Source: Candidatus Latescibacterota bacterium (GTDB lineage: Bacteria; Latescibacterota; UBA2968; UBA8231). From it: DNA of 64,000 nt. The stretch lies in NCBI GenBank assembly GCA_965248355.1, contig OZ252098.1, positions 704,001 through 768,000 on the forward strand, in the 5' to 3' direction. Shown here piece after piece: positions 18,838 to 29,880 of the stretch (positions are counted from its first letter, which is position 1; the number at the start of each line of letters is the position of its first letter). Position numbers and translations under genes: made by a program. The notes under the pieces were generated by a model. The model saw nothing but the letters and a program-made list of their open reading frames with translations. It searched no databases and was not told where the DNA came from.

Positions 18838-21800
18838 CGACATGTGGATCAGACGCCTCCACGTGACCGATTGCGCTGGCATCGCCGATGCCTCCATTGA
18901 CCTGGAATTCGGGCTGAATGTCCTACACGGTCCCAACGAACTTGGCAAATCCAGCTTGGTTAGCGCCGTTCGCGCGGCATTGCTCCTGCAGTCGTCCTCG
19001 TCCGCCGCCGAGCCTCTGCGCGATTGGCACGCAGACGCGGCGCCGGTGGTGGAGCTCACCTTCGAGGAGGAAGCGCAGCGTGTGTGGCGGGTGCGCAAGA
19101 GTTTCGCGAGTAGTGGCGGCTATGCCTATCTCGATTTCTCCCGCGACGGCAGCGAATTCACCCAAGATGGTAGGGGTGGCGAAGTCGACGGGAAGCTTCG
19201 GGATCTCCTGCGCTGGGGTGTCGAAGCACCGGGCGGCCGCCGGGGTCGGCGCGGCATGCCGGAGTCCTTCATCACGACCGCTCTCCTCGGCGAGCAGAGC
19301 GACGTCGTCGCCATCTTGGGGAGCAGCCTCGACAAGGATCCGGACGGCTCGGGCCGCGAACGTCTCACTGAGGCGCTGCAGGCGATGGCGGAAGACCCGC
19401 GCTTCAAGCGGGTTCACGCGGCTGTGCAGCAAAAGGTGGACGAAGCGTTCACCGCCACCGGCCGGAGACGCTCCGGCCGTGCATCGCCTTGGTCGCAGAT
19501 CCGCGAGCAACGCGTCGCCGCCGAAGCGAACGAGCGCAACGTTCACCAGCAGATGGAGGAAAGCGAGGGCGCACGACTGCGCATCGAGGAACTGCACCGC
19601 GAATTGCTGGCGGCGGAGTCGGAGAAGGAACGGACGGCCGGCGTTCTCGCGAATTCTCAAGCTGCCCTCGAACAACGCAGGAAGCGTGCAGCGACCACCG
19701 ACAGCCTTGCCGATGCCCAGGCCGAGTTTGACCGCATTCAGGGGCTATTCGCGAAACGCGACGACAACGTCGACGCTATCAACACCGCAAGAGAGAAGGT
19801 CGCCAAGCTTGAATCCGCCTGCGGAGAAGCCGAAACCGCCGCGGAAGCTCTGGCGCCCCGGGTCGAGGCCGCGCGGCAAGGCGTGCGCCGCCTGGAGACC
19901 GGCGCCGGCGAGCAGCAACGCCGGTTGCGGGAGGAGGAGGCGAAGAATCGCCTCTTGAAGCTGAGACACGACGAGGAAGCACTTGAACGCGACATCGCCC
20001 GGGCCGAGGCCTTGGCCACGCTCGACGAGGAGGTGACCGCGCTAGCGGCCGACATCGAAGAGCGCGAAGCTGCTCTTAATGAGAGCCGAGATCTCTTGGG
20101 CCAAGCGCAGGACGTTACCGACAGTGATCAGGAGGAGATTGTAGGTCTCGAAATCAAGCGTCGCTGTGCCCGCTATCTCGTGGCGTTGGACGCAGCGCGG
20201 GCGTCCACCAAGAAACTCGATACCGCACGGGAACACATCGGGCAGGCGACCGTACTGGAACGCAAGGCCGCCGAGGCGCACGAAGAGGCCAGCAATTTGG
20301 GTGCGCCAGTTGTCGCTGAACTCGATCGGCTCGATCACTTGAGACGGATCGGCGCATCGCCCAAGAGAAACTTGCCGTTGGACTCGTCGTGGGCGTCGAG
20401 CTGAAGCAGGCTGGTGATGCCGAAGTCAACATCGACGGCCAGCCGCGGCAGGTTCGAATCGGGCTCGGCAAACAGGCCAAATTCGAGGCCGAGCGGGAAC
20501 TGCGACTCGACATCGCCGGCATTGGTGCTATCCACGTGCGCGGCGGAGGCCGCGACCTTCTGCGTGCGGCCAAAGCTGCGGAGGATAGCTGGAACGCCGC
20601 TGCGACGCCGATCTTCACCCGTACCGGCTGCGCGGCCCTCGGAGAACTCGAGGATCTGCGCGAGCGCGCCGACGGCTATCGCGAAACAGCCGTCGACCTC
20701 GAACGGCAAGCCGAGCAGGAGCGGGTGCGAGCAGAAGGCGTCGATGAATTCGAACGCGGCGTCGTCGTCGCGAAGGCTGAGGAAGAACAACGCCGCTCTG
20801 CGCTTGCAGAGTTGCTTGAGGAAGACGAATCCGTGGAGGAGTACTTGGAAAGCCTTGACGAGCCGCCGGACGACGAACTCGCCTTGGAGGAGGCCATTGA
20901 GAAGCGTCGCACCGTTATGCAAGATCGCGAGGAGCTCTGTCAGCGAATGGAAAGCAAGGTCACCGATGGGGAAGGGGAGGTTGTGCGTCGAGGCCGAGAA
21001 CTCGCTGGCAAACGGGCGCTGCTGCGTGAGGGATCGGAGATGGACGACTGGCGCGCGTTTCTCGCCGGAGTGGACGCTGAGCGGGACCGCTTGAGTCGGA
21101 GACTCGAAGCAGTCGATGACGAGTTGGCGCTGATCGGGGCCGAAGGGGCCGCCGAAGTCGGTGAGGCGCGGCAGGCACTCAACGATCTCGCCGGCGAGGA
21201 GAATCGGGCCCAAGAAGCGTTGCGCGTGGAAACCGAGCAATTGGCGAACGCCCGCGACGAACTCTCTAGGCTCGAAGGCGAGGCGGCCGGGCTTCGAGCA
21301 GCGACCGAAAACGAGGACTTGGAAGCCGGTGGAAGGTTGCGCGATCAACACCGTGACAAATTGGACGCGCTACCGATTCCGATCGACGACATCGATCCGG
21401 CAGAGCTTCAGGATGTCGAGAGTGCCGCCACCGCTACCGCCGATTGCTTCCGGCAACTCGAGATGCAACTCCGAAACGCCGAAGGTGCGCTCGAACAGGT
21501 GGGCGGCCAGTACATACTGGAACGGGCCGAACAGGCGGGTCAGGCCCTTCGCGCTCTGGCAGAACGTGAAAGCGAGCTCGACTTGGAGTACAGAGCGTGG
21601 CGGCTTTTGCACGAAACCCTCGTGCAAGCCGAAAAGGAAGATGCGGTACATCTCGGCAACGCCTTGGTAAAGCCCGTCAGCGAGCGTATGGCCGCGTTGA
21701 CCGGGGGCCGATATGGCGAGATTGCCATCGGCCCGCAACTCGAGGCCGCCGGAATCCAGTCGGCTGGCTGCGAACGCAAATTCGAGGCCCTGTCCGTCGG

Positions 21801-21883
21801 TACCCTGGAACAGATCGCGCTGTTGCTGCGACTCTCCATCGCTGAAGCCCTCGATAGCTTCATAGTCTTCGACGATCAGCTTA

Positions 21884-23180
21884 GGCACTGCGCAGAAATA
21901 AACGCTGTTCTTTCTGATAGAAAGGTGTTATCCTTGACGGGTGGACACGGAAAGCACCCTGCGGGCGAAATACGAAGCCTTGACGCCGGTGTTGAACGAG
22001 CGCACGCGACGCTTGTGGGCCGCGTCGGAGGCGCAAGCCCTGGGACATGGCGGCATTGCGGTGGTGGCCCGTGCGACGGGCCTGTCGCGGACCCGGATCG
22101 CTCGCGGCCTGCAGGAACTGCGGTCGGACGCCCCGTTGGACTCCGGCCGTGTGCGTCGGCCGGGCGGCGGCCGCAAGCGGCGCGTCGACACCGACGTGAC
22201 GCTGTTGTCGGACCTCAACGCCCTGCTCGAGCCGGTCACCGCCGGGGCGCCGGACGACAGCCCCTTGCGATGGACGTCGAAGAGCATCCGCAAGTTGGCG
22301 GTCGAGTTGCAGGCCCTGGGCCATTCGGTGAGTCCTGGCCTCGTCCACGGACTGTTGCACGAGCTCGGCTACACGCTGCAGGCGAATCGCAAGACGAAAG
22401 AAGGCACGCAACACCCGGATCGGGACGCCCCGTTTCACTACCTCCACGACCAGGTCCGAAGGGCCCAGGCCCAAGGCCAGCCGGTCATTTCGGTGGACAC
22501 CAAGAAGAAGGAGCTGATCGGCGACTTCAAGAACGTGGGTCGCCCATGGCGTCCGAAGGGCGAGCCGGAGCGCGTGAAGGTCCACGACTTCATCATCCCG
22601 GCCCAGGGCCAGGCGATTCCCTACGGGGTCTACGACCTGGGCCGCAACGAGGGCTGGGTCAGCGTCGGCGTCGACCACGACACCGCCCACTTCGCGGTGA
22701 ACGCCATCCGCAGCTGGTGGAAACGCATGGGTCGTCCGGCCTACCCGGCGGCCTCGCACCTGTGGATCACGGCCGATGCGGGGGGCCGCAACGGTCCGAG
22801 ACTGCGGCTGTGGAAATGGGAATGGCAGCGCTTGGCCGATCGCACGGGCCTGACGATCACGGTCTGCCACTATCCTCCGGGCACGAGCAAGTGGAACCGC
22901 ATCGAGCATCGCCTGTTCTCCTATATCGCCATGAACTGGCGAGGCCAACCTCTGGTCAGTCTGGCCACGGTGGTCAACCTGATCGGCCGGACGACAACGA
23001 AGAAAGGGCTTCGCGTGCGCGCCGAGATCGACAAGCGAGCGTATCCCAAGGCCGTGGTCGTCAAGGACGAGCAAATGGAGCGGATCCATCTCTCGCCCCA
23101 TGCGTTCCACGGGGATTGGAACTACACGATCCGGCCGGCCACTGAGGGTTGAAGTGAATCATCTGTTTCGGGACAAAGCC
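21884..23180 (+). mobile_element. ISAzo13-family insertion sequence
   Basis: GGC...GCC imperfect TIRs; TTA duplicated at 21881-21883 and 23181-23183. Confidence 0.88.
21941..23152 (+). CDS. ISAzo13-family transposase
   Basis: LNERTRRLWAASEA, SPLRWTSKS, ISVDTKKKELIG, PPGTSKWNRIEHRLFS, FHGDWNY. Confidence 0.95.
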   Translation: MDTESTLRAKYEALTPVLNERTRRLWAASEAQALGHGGIAVVARATGLSRTRIARGLQELRSDAPLDSGRVRRPGGGRKRRVDTDVTLLSDLNALLEPVTAGAPDDSPLRWTSKSIRKLAVELQALGHSVSPGLVHGLLHELGYTLQANRKTKEGTQHPDRDAPFHYLHDQVRRAQAQGQPVISVDTKKKELIGDFKNVGRPWRPKGEPERVKVHDFIIPAQGQAIPYGVYDLGRNEGWVSVGVDHDTAHFAVNAIRSWWKRMGRPAYPAASHLWITADAGGRNGPRLRLWKWEWQRLADRTGLTITVCHYPPGTSKWNRIEHRLFSYIAMNWRGQPLVSLATVVNLIGRTTTKKGLRVRAEIDKRAYPKAVVVKDEQMERIHLSPHAFHGDWNYTIRPATEG

Positions 23181-23477
23181 TTACGCAATCCGATCCCGTG
23201 CGCATGGTGTGGATGCGGGAACTACTTGAGAGAGCGGCGGAACAGATCCAGGTGGTCGTATTGACATGCCATCCTGAGGATTACACGGTTGGGGATGGGC
23301 AACGTCATGTCGTGGACTTGTCGAGTTGCATTCGGCGGCGGGAGGTCTCGAACGCGCAAGTCGATGACGGGGAGGACGGCCTTGGTTCCGAGGCGCCACA
23401 TGACTCCGCAGTTGAAGTCGACTCAAGTAACGCAGACCCCGCGGAGCAGGCCGATCCTTCCCCGACTCGGCGCTCTA

Positions 23478-24648
23478 GTGTCGCGTCCGACAAATGAGTT
23501 GTAAAAACAGAGTCAAGGCCTTATCTTCAGGCCATGGCCCGCCCGGTGTCCCGCCTTGAGTTGACCGCGTCCGAGCGACAGGAGTTGGAGCGTCGCGTCA
23601 GGGCCCCCTCCGCGTCCCAGCGCGACAGCCTGCGCGCGGCCATCGTCCTGCGCCGGGCCGAAGGGATCAAGCAGGTGCAGGTGGCCGCCGAGTTGGGCGC
23701 CAGTGTGGCGTGTGTGAACAAGTGGTCGCAACGCTTTGATCGCGAGGGTTTGGCGGGACTGAACGACGCCAAGGGCCGGGGCCGGCCGGCGAGCTTGCCG
23801 GCGGACAAGGTCGAGCAGGTCCTCACCGCGGTCACGCAGCCGCCGAAGCCGCGCACGCGCTGGAGCGTGCGCTCGATGGCCCAGGCGGCGGGGATGTCGC
23901 CGGACAGCGTGCACCGGATCTGGAAGGCCAACGACATCAAGCCCCATTTGACCAAGACCTTCAAGGTCTCCACGGACCCGCACTTCGAGGAAAAATTCTG
24001 GGACGTGATCGGGCTCTACCTGGATCCCCCCGAGCGCGCGCTGGTGCTGTGCTGTGACGAGAAGAGCCAGTGCCAGGCGCTGGAACGGACCCAGCCGGGC
24101 TTGCCGCTGGGGATCGGCGACATCCGCACCCGGACCCACGATTACAAGCGCCACGGTACGATCACCTTGTTCGCCGCGCTCAACTACCTCGACGGCAAGC
24201 TCATCGCGCGTCTGGAGGCGCGTCATACCCACGTCGAATGGCTCCGCTTTCTCAAGCAGATCGACCGCGAGACGCCCAAGAACCTGTCGCTGCACCTGAT
24301 CGTGGACAACGCCGGCCCCCACAAGGAGGAGAGCGTGCAGCATTGGTTGTCTCGGCATCGGCGCTTCCATGTCCATTTCACCCCCACCAGTTCCTCCTGG
24401 ATGAACTTGGTCGAACGGTTCTTCGGCGAGCTGACGCAGGATGTGATTCGGGACGGCAGCTTTGCCAGCGTCGGGGAGTTGGTGCGCGACATCGAAGCCT
24501 ACTTGGCGCAGCGGAACTTGGCCCCCAAACCCTACCGCTGGAAGGCCGACGGCGAGACCATCCTGCGCAAGATCCAGCGCGCTCGGGAGACGGTGGCGGC
24601 GACATCGGACAGCCCTTGTTGATTCTTCTTAATTCTCGGACGGGACAC
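23478..24648 (+). mobile_element. IS630-family insertion sequence
   Basis: TIRs GTGTCGCGTCCGACAAAT and GTGTCCCGTCCGAGAATT, flanked by a TA duplication in CTAG sites. Confidence 0.92.
23534..24622 (+). CDS. IS630-family transposase
   Basis: HTH, CDEKSQCQALER, DYKRHGT, IVDN, FTPTSSSWMNLVERFF. Confidence 0.95.
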   Translation: MARPVSRLELTASERQELERRVRAPSASQRDSLRAAIVLRRAEGIKQVQVAAELGASVACVNKWSQRFDREGLAGLNDAKGRGRPASLPADKVEQVLTAVTQPPKPRTRWSVRSMAQAAGMSPDSVHRIWKANDIKPHLTKTFKVSTDPHFEEKFWDVIGLYLDPPERALVLCCDEKSQCQALERTQPGLPLGIGDIRTRTHDYKRHGTITLFAALNYLDGKLIARLEARHTHVEWLRFLKQIDRETPKNLSLHLIVDNAGPHKEESVQHWLSRHRRFHVHFTPTSSSWMNLVERFFGELTQDVIRDGSFASVGELVRDIEAYLAQRNLAPKPYRWKADGETILRKIQRARETVAATSDSPC

Positions 24649-24751
24649 TAGGCCCGCTTCTGCGAAGACGTTTCCCGTGCACTCGGCATCGGGCCCCCGA
24701 CCTCACAGCGAGTCGGCCGCGACGACACCTCCGGGCTGAGAGTCTTCCCTG

Positions 24752-26755
24752 ATGAGAAGCCCCCGGTTCTTCAACGTCGTCCTCGTGTTGATTTCTGCCC
24801 TGCCCGCACAGGAAAGCCGCGCCCAGGACCATACCCGCATGGGTCTGCCCGAAGGGGCTGATGCGCGTCTCGGCAGGGGGTCGCTGTTCGGGATCGGTTT
24901 CCTGCCCGACGGCCGGCTCGCGGCGGCCACCAGTATCGGCGTGTGGCTGTACGACACTCGCACCGGCGGCGAAGTCGCCCTGCTCCCGGGGGAACACAAG
25001 GATGATGTCCATGACGTCGCGTTCTCGCCAGACGGCCGCACCCTGGCTGCCAGCGAGAGCTGGGACCCCACGATCCGGCTGTGGGACGTGGAGAGCGGCC
25101 GCCTGAAGGCGGCCCTGGAGGGGAATGGGGGCGGGGTCTGCTCCGTGGCCTTCTCGCCGGAGGGGAAAGTCCTCGCCGGCGGGGGATTCAACAGCAGGGC
25201 CATTCGGCTGTGGGACGTGGAGAGCGGCCGGTTGAAGGCAACCCTGGATGCTGGCAGGAACGGCACCTGTGCCCTCGCCTACTCGCCGGACGGAAACACG
25301 CTGGCCACCGACGGCCGCGGCGGAATCCTGTTGTGGGATGCCGGGACGGGAGAGCTCAAGGGCATCTTGGAGGGGAACAGGTATGGCGTCAGTTACCTTG
25401 CCTATTCACCGGACGGGAGGATCCTGGTCGGCCATGGAGACGACGGCACGATCCAGCTGTGGGACACGGGCACCGGCGAGCTGAAGGTCGCCATCGAGAG
25501 GCATGAGAGCAGCGTCCGGAGCGTGGCCTTCTCACCCGATGGCCACATCTTGGCAGCCGGCACCTGGGATGGCCCGGTCCAGCTGTGGGACGTGGAGCAC
25601 GGCCACCTGAAGAGCACCCTGGAAGGACATGGGGGCAAGGTCTTCGCCGTGGCCTGGTCGCCCGATGGCCGGACTCTGGCCAGCGCGGGCCGGGACGGCG
25701 CGGTCAGGTTGTGGGACGCCGCGAGCGGAGCACCGACAGCGAACCTCGACGGGCATGGCAGTCCCATCGGTGCTGTCGTGTATTCGCCGGATGGGCGTAC
25801 CCTCGCCAGCGGGAGCAGGGACGGCGTGATCCGGTTGTGGGACACGGACAGCGGCCTCCGCCGAGCGATCTTCAGGGTACATCTGGACAGGATTACGTCC
25901 CTGGCTTACTCGCCGGATGGCAGTACCCTCGCCAGCGGGAGTCGCGACGAGACCATCCACCTGTGGGAACCCGGGACGGGCCACCGGATGGTCATCAGGG
26001 GGACCAGGCACTATCCCTGGTCGCTGGCATTCTCGCCGGACGGTCGGACCCTGGCCAGTGGGGGAGGTGGGTGGGATGGGGAGTCCCGGGTGGCTGGAGA
26101 GACCCGGTTGTGGGACGCTGGCACCGGCCTGCCGGAGACTGTCCTCGACAGGCCTGGAGTCACGGTCTGGTCCGTGACTTTCTCGCCTCATGGTCACATC
26201 CTGGCCAGTGGTCTGGCCGACGGCCGGCTCAAGCTGTGGGACGCCGACACCGGCCGGCTGCTGGCCACCCTCCGGCAAGGCCGGGAGTGGGTCTTCTGTC
26301 TGGCCTTTTCCCCGGACGGCTTCAACCTGGGCCATTGGGCGAGGTCCGTGGCGTTTTCCCCGGATGACGGCACCCTGGCCAGTGGCAGTTGGGACGGCAC
26401 GATCCTGCTGTGGGACATGTCGCCGTACGCCACGCCTGCCCCTGCCGACGCGCCGGAAGCAGGGGAGGAGGAGCCGGCCGCGAGCATCCTGGAGCCCGCC
26501 GCCCCGAATCCCTTCAACATCACCACCCGCATCGCCTACCGGATCGCTACCCCCGGTCCGGTGCGGCTGGAGGTCGTGAATGCTCTGGGGCAGTCGCTGC
26601 ACACGCTTGTGAACGAGGTGCAGGCTCCCGGCTCCTACCAGGTCTACTGGAATGCCCGCAACCAGCGCGGCTCCCCGGTGGCCGCGGGCGTCTACTTCAC
26701 CCGCCTCAGCCACTCCGGCGGGGTGCAGGTGCGGCGGCTGCTCTATCTCAGGTAG
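24752..26755 (+). CDS. Secreted WD40-repeat protein with C-terminal FlgD_ig/T9SS-like domain
   Basis: Signal peptide; about 12 repeats of VAFSPDG..LAS.S.D..I.LWD; PNPFN.TT.I.Y...W.ARN..G..VAAGVYF tail. Confidence 0.9.
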   Translation: MRSPRFFNVVLVLISALPAQESRAQDHTRMGLPEGADARLGRGSLFGIGFLPDGRLAAATSIGVWLYDTRTGGEVALLPGEHKDDVHDVAFSPDGRTLAASESWDPTIRLWDVESGRLKAALEGNGGGVCSVAFSPEGKVLAGGGFNSRAIRLWDVESGRLKATLDAGRNGTCALAYSPDGNTLATDGRGGILLWDAGTGELKGILEGNRYGVSYLAYSPDGRILVGHGDDGTIQLWDTGTGELKVAIERHESSVRSVAFSPDGHILAAGTWDGPVQLWDVEHGHLKSTLEGHGGKVFAVAWSPDGRTLASAGRDGAVRLWDAASGAPTANLDGHGSPIGAVVYSPDGRTLASGSRDGVIRLWDTDSGLRRAIFRVHLDRITSLAYSPDGSTLASGSRDETIHLWEPGTGHRMVIRGTRHYPWSLAFSPDGRTLASGGGGWDGESRVAGETRLWDAGTGLPETVLDRPGVTVWSVTFSPHGHILASGLADGRLKLWDADTGRLLATLRQGREWVFCLAFSPDGFNLGHWARSVAFSPDDGTLASGSWDGTILLWDMSPYATPAPADAPEAGEEEPAASILEPAAPNPFNITTRIAYRIATPGPVRLEVVNALGQSLHTLVNEVQAPGSYQVYWNARNQRGSPVAAGVYFTRLSHSGGVQVRRLLYLR

Positions 26756-26816
26756 GACTCGCTTCGACCGCGTCCTGGTGGCGGGGCGAAGCCGAGGCCG
26801 AGTGTTGGTCCAGCCG

Positions 26817-27554
26817 TCAGAGGTGCCCGGCCAGAAGGGTGCGCGCCTTCTTGGCGGAGGCCACGGGCGTGAGGGTGCAGGCGATGCGGGCGTAGTAGAA
26901 GGCGCTCAGGCCCTCGAATCCGGAGTCGGTGCCGACGATCAGCCACAGCCGGCCCTCGGCGTCGGCGGTGACGGATACCGGACGGCCGGCGTTGTCGAGG
27001 GACTTCACGCGGTACTCCTCGCCGGTCACGGCGGGGTGGGCGACGTTGCCGACGACCACCATCGACTCGCCCCCGTTGGACTGGCCGCTTTCGTCCTCGG
27101 GCGTCACGGGTTCGACGGTGGAGGCTCCCGCCTTCACGAAAACGCTCTCACCCGGAGAACCGCCGATGCCGACGAGGCCGGCGGCCACGTTGGTGGCCAG
27201 CTCCAGGGAGAGGACGGCGGAGTACTCCGCGCCGGGCTTCAGGCCGCCGACCTGCCTCTTGAAGAACATGAAGAGGTCGGCGCTGCGGTTGTGTCCCTGG
27301 ATGTAGAGGCCGTAGCCCTCGAGCCCGTTGGGCAGCGGGCGATGCCCGGAGTCGAGCTCGTAGATCGACGGGTCGAAGTCGACGGGAAGATCCGCGAATC
27401 CGGCGGTCCAACCCTCGGCACCGCCTTCGAAGGAGAAACTGAACTCGGCCTCGACGGCCTCCTGCTCGTCCGCCTCCCGAGTGGAGGTGCAGGATGCGCT
27501 CGCCAGACAGGCGGCGAGAAGGGCGCCAGGGATCCAGCTCAGCCGCCGGGCCAC
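26817..27554 (-). CDS. Hypothetical lipoprotein
   Basis: Lipobox-like LASASC after a hydrophobic stretch; typical codon usage; start uncertain. Confidence 0.6.
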   Translation of the reverse strand: MARRLSWIPGALLAACLASASCTSTREADEQEAVEAEFSFSFEGGAEGWTAGFADLPVDFDPSIYELDSGHRPLPNGLEGYGLYIQGHNRSADLFMFFKRQVGGLKPGAEYSAVLSLELATNVAAGLVGIGGSPGESVFVKAGASTVEPVTPEDESGQSNGGESMVVVGNVAHPAVTGEEYRVKSLDNAGRPVSVTADAEGRLWLIVGTDSGFEGLSAFYYARIACTLTPVASAKKARTLLAGHL

Positions 27555-27881
27555 GTCCCTCGCGGGTGGGTTCGGAGGCAGGTTACGCCGTCGATCGCCA
27601 GCCGGTGAACCTGAGGCACGTTCTCTTCCCACGTCATGGCGATCCCCCTGGGAATGGGGACGCCGGTCCTCTCGTCCCCGGCGGTTGCCCTTGCCCACGC
27701 CACCCCGCATCAGGGCACTCAGCGTCGTTCGTGGCGCCGGATCAGCACGACGAGGCTTTCACCTGCCCAGAGAGCCAGCCGTGCCGCGCCCCTGTCAGCT
27801 TGACCTGAAGCGCTGGCCCCTTTCATCTTGACGGCTCGGCCCCCTTCCCTCGCCTTTCCAACCCCTACATAGGTCGAACCC

Positions 27882-29768
27882 ATGAGCTCCATCCAGATTC
27901 GTGCGGGTCTGCAGAGCGCCTGTCCCGACGTGTACACGCCCGCGGCCTTGGCGGCCCTCGAGGCGCTGGCTCCCTTCAACCAGGAGCAGAAGGCGGTCAT
28001 GGCGGAGAGGATGGAGCGGCGGGCGGCGCGGGCCCGCTACCGGGAGCCCATCGCCTTTCTCGACGAGGATGACTGCATCCCCCGGACCCCCATCCGCGTG
28101 GGCGAGGCCCGGGGGGGCGACTTCATCGGCTCGGAGATCCCAGCCGACCTGCGGCGCCAGTGGATCCAGGGGACCGGCCCCGCGTGCAAGCCCCGGGCCC
28201 CGGTGGAGCGCAGCATCCGCAACGTGGCCTACGCCCTGCTCTCCGGCGCCGACGGCTGGATGTTCGACGGCGAGGACGCCCTCGGCCAGATCACCACCAT
28301 GTCCCTGGACAACCAGCGGAACCTGGCCCTGGCCATCCGCCGGGACCCCGTCTTCCTGCAGGCGGCGGAGCAGGTGGCCGGGGAGATGAACGAGTGGGCC
28401 TCCGGCTTCTTCGGCCGGCGGATCGTCGAGGACTGGGAGGGGCAGCTCGGCTTCACGACGAAGATCTTCCGCGCCCGGGGGCTGCACCTGGACGACCGCC
28501 ACACCCGGGACGGGGAGGGGGTGGCCTTGGCCGCCTCGATCGTCGACCTGGCCCTGTACGTGGCCAACAACCACGAGGAACTTCAACGGGCCGGCTCCTC
28601 CATCGTCCTCTACCTGCCGAAGATCCAGACCGCCGGGGAGGCCGCCCTGTGGGCGGAGATGCTCGACGCCCTGGAGGCCCATCTCGGGCTGCCGCAGGGC
28701 GCCGTCAAGGTCTACGTCCTCGTGGAGCAGCTCGAGGCCACCTTCCAGCTCATGGAGATCCGCGCCGCCCTGGGCCGCCACTTCGTCGGCTTCAACACCG
28801 GCCGCTGGGACTACATCAACAGCGTCTCCGACGCCATGGCCTGGGACCCGGGGTTCGTCAACCCCGACATCGAGGCCATCACCATGACCTACGGGTACAT
28901 GCGCAACTACGAGGACCGCGTCCGCCGGGCCGTCAACACCCCCGACCGGGCCGGCGGCTTCGCCCTCTGGCAGGGCGGCATGGAGCCCAACATCCCGGTG
29001 GGATCGGAGGAGGGGGTGGCGCTCAGCATGGAGAAGGCCGTGGCCGGGGCCGAGCGCGAGCAGCGCGAGGGGGCCAGCGGCAAGTGGGTGGCGCACTGGA
29101 AGATGGTCCACATCGTCCGGCCCGTGTGGGAGAGGGCCTGGGCCGAGAACCAGCTCGGGCGGCGTTTCCCGCCCCTCACCCATACGCAGGACGACGCCGA
29201 CGGCCTGACGTTGCTGGAGCCGGCGCCGCGCACGGTCCGGGGCGCCCGCAACCTGATCAGCGTCGCCGCCCAGTACGGCAACGCCTTCGGCCAGGGGTTC
29301 CAGGCGGCGGCCCTGAAGCCGGCGGACTTCTTCGGCGACGACGACATCCTCTACCTCATGGAGGACATGGCCACCGGCGAGATCCGCCTGAGCATCCTCT
29401 GGGAGTGGCTCCACAAGGGCGGCCGCCTCACCGAGGGCGACGAGGAGACCGGCGCGGGGGAGGGGGAGGTCTTCGGACTGGAGCTGTTCCGCCGGCTGCT
29501 GACCGAGGAATACGGGAAGCTGCAGCAGGCCGGGGACCGGGACGTGCACGACGACTCCAAGGGCTCCACCCTGCCCATCGCCCGGGAGATCGTCGAGAGC
29601 TACGTGCTGTGGGAGGCCAAGACGCCCTGGTACATCGACCTGCTGAACATCAATCTGAACAACCACGATCTGGCGACGGCGAAGGAACGGATCCGTCTGT
29701 ACTCGCAGGCCTTCGCCCGGGACGGCACGAGGATCACGGAGAACCTGGACTTCGAGCCGGCCCGATAG
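27882..29768 (+). CDS. Malate synthase
   Basis: GWMFDGEDA, FRARGLHL, LYLPK, VLVE, GFNTGRWDYINS, GKWVAH, LMEDMATGEI. Confidence 0.92.
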   Translation: MSSIQIRAGLQSACPDVYTPAALAALEALAPFNQEQKAVMAERMERRAARARYREPIAFLDEDDCIPRTPIRVGEARGGDFIGSEIPADLRRQWIQGTGPACKPRAPVERSIRNVAYALLSGADGWMFDGEDALGQITTMSLDNQRNLALAIRRDPVFLQAAEQVAGEMNEWASGFFGRRIVEDWEGQLGFTTKIFRARGLHLDDRHTRDGEGVALAASIVDLALYVANNHEELQRAGSSIVLYLPKIQTAGEAALWAEMLDALEAHLGLPQGAVKVYVLVEQLEATFQLMEIRAALGRHFVGFNTGRWDYINSVSDAMAWDPGFVNPDIEAITMTYGYMRNYEDRVRRAVNTPDRAGGFALWQGGMEPNIPVGSEEGVALSMEKAVAGAEREQREGASGKWVAHWKMVHIVRPVWERAWAENQLGRRFPPLTHTQDDADGLTLLEPAPRTVRGARNLISVAAQYGNAFGQGFQAAALKPADFFGDDDILYLMEDMATGEIRLSILWEWLHKGGRLTEGDEETGAGEGEVFGLELFRRLLTEEYGKLQQAGDRDVHDDSKGSTLPIAREIVESYVLWEAKTPWYIDLLNINLNNHDLATAKERIRLYSQAFARDGTRITENLDFEPAR

Positions 29769-29880
29769 AGCCCGGCGATGCGGCACGTCCACACAGGTGT
29801 GGTTGTGCGAGCCGTTGATGCGGATGCGCTCGCCGGCAACGCGATGCCGCCCGTCGTGCGCCATCGCGGCGGCCGGTACG

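Larger units (their letters stand above)
18842..23477 (+). pseudogene. YhaN/Rad50-like SMC-type ATPase; frameshifted at about 20333, interrupted by ISAzo13, tail cut by IS630
   Basis: Walker A HGPNELGKSS; long coiled coil; LSVGT signature; Walker B IVFDDQL|TQSD continues after the IS at 23181; H-loop VLTCH. Confidence 0.88.

Noticed and set aside
20389..23145. 918-aa ORF that looks like an ATPase-transposase fusion
   Set aside because: It is the YhaN-like frame reading through into ISAzo13 in a non-transposase frame.
27600..27880. Intergenic region before malate synthase with a GGGGACG/CGTCCCC stem
   Set aside because: Such stems are expected by chance at this GC content, and no riboswitch consensus was recognised.
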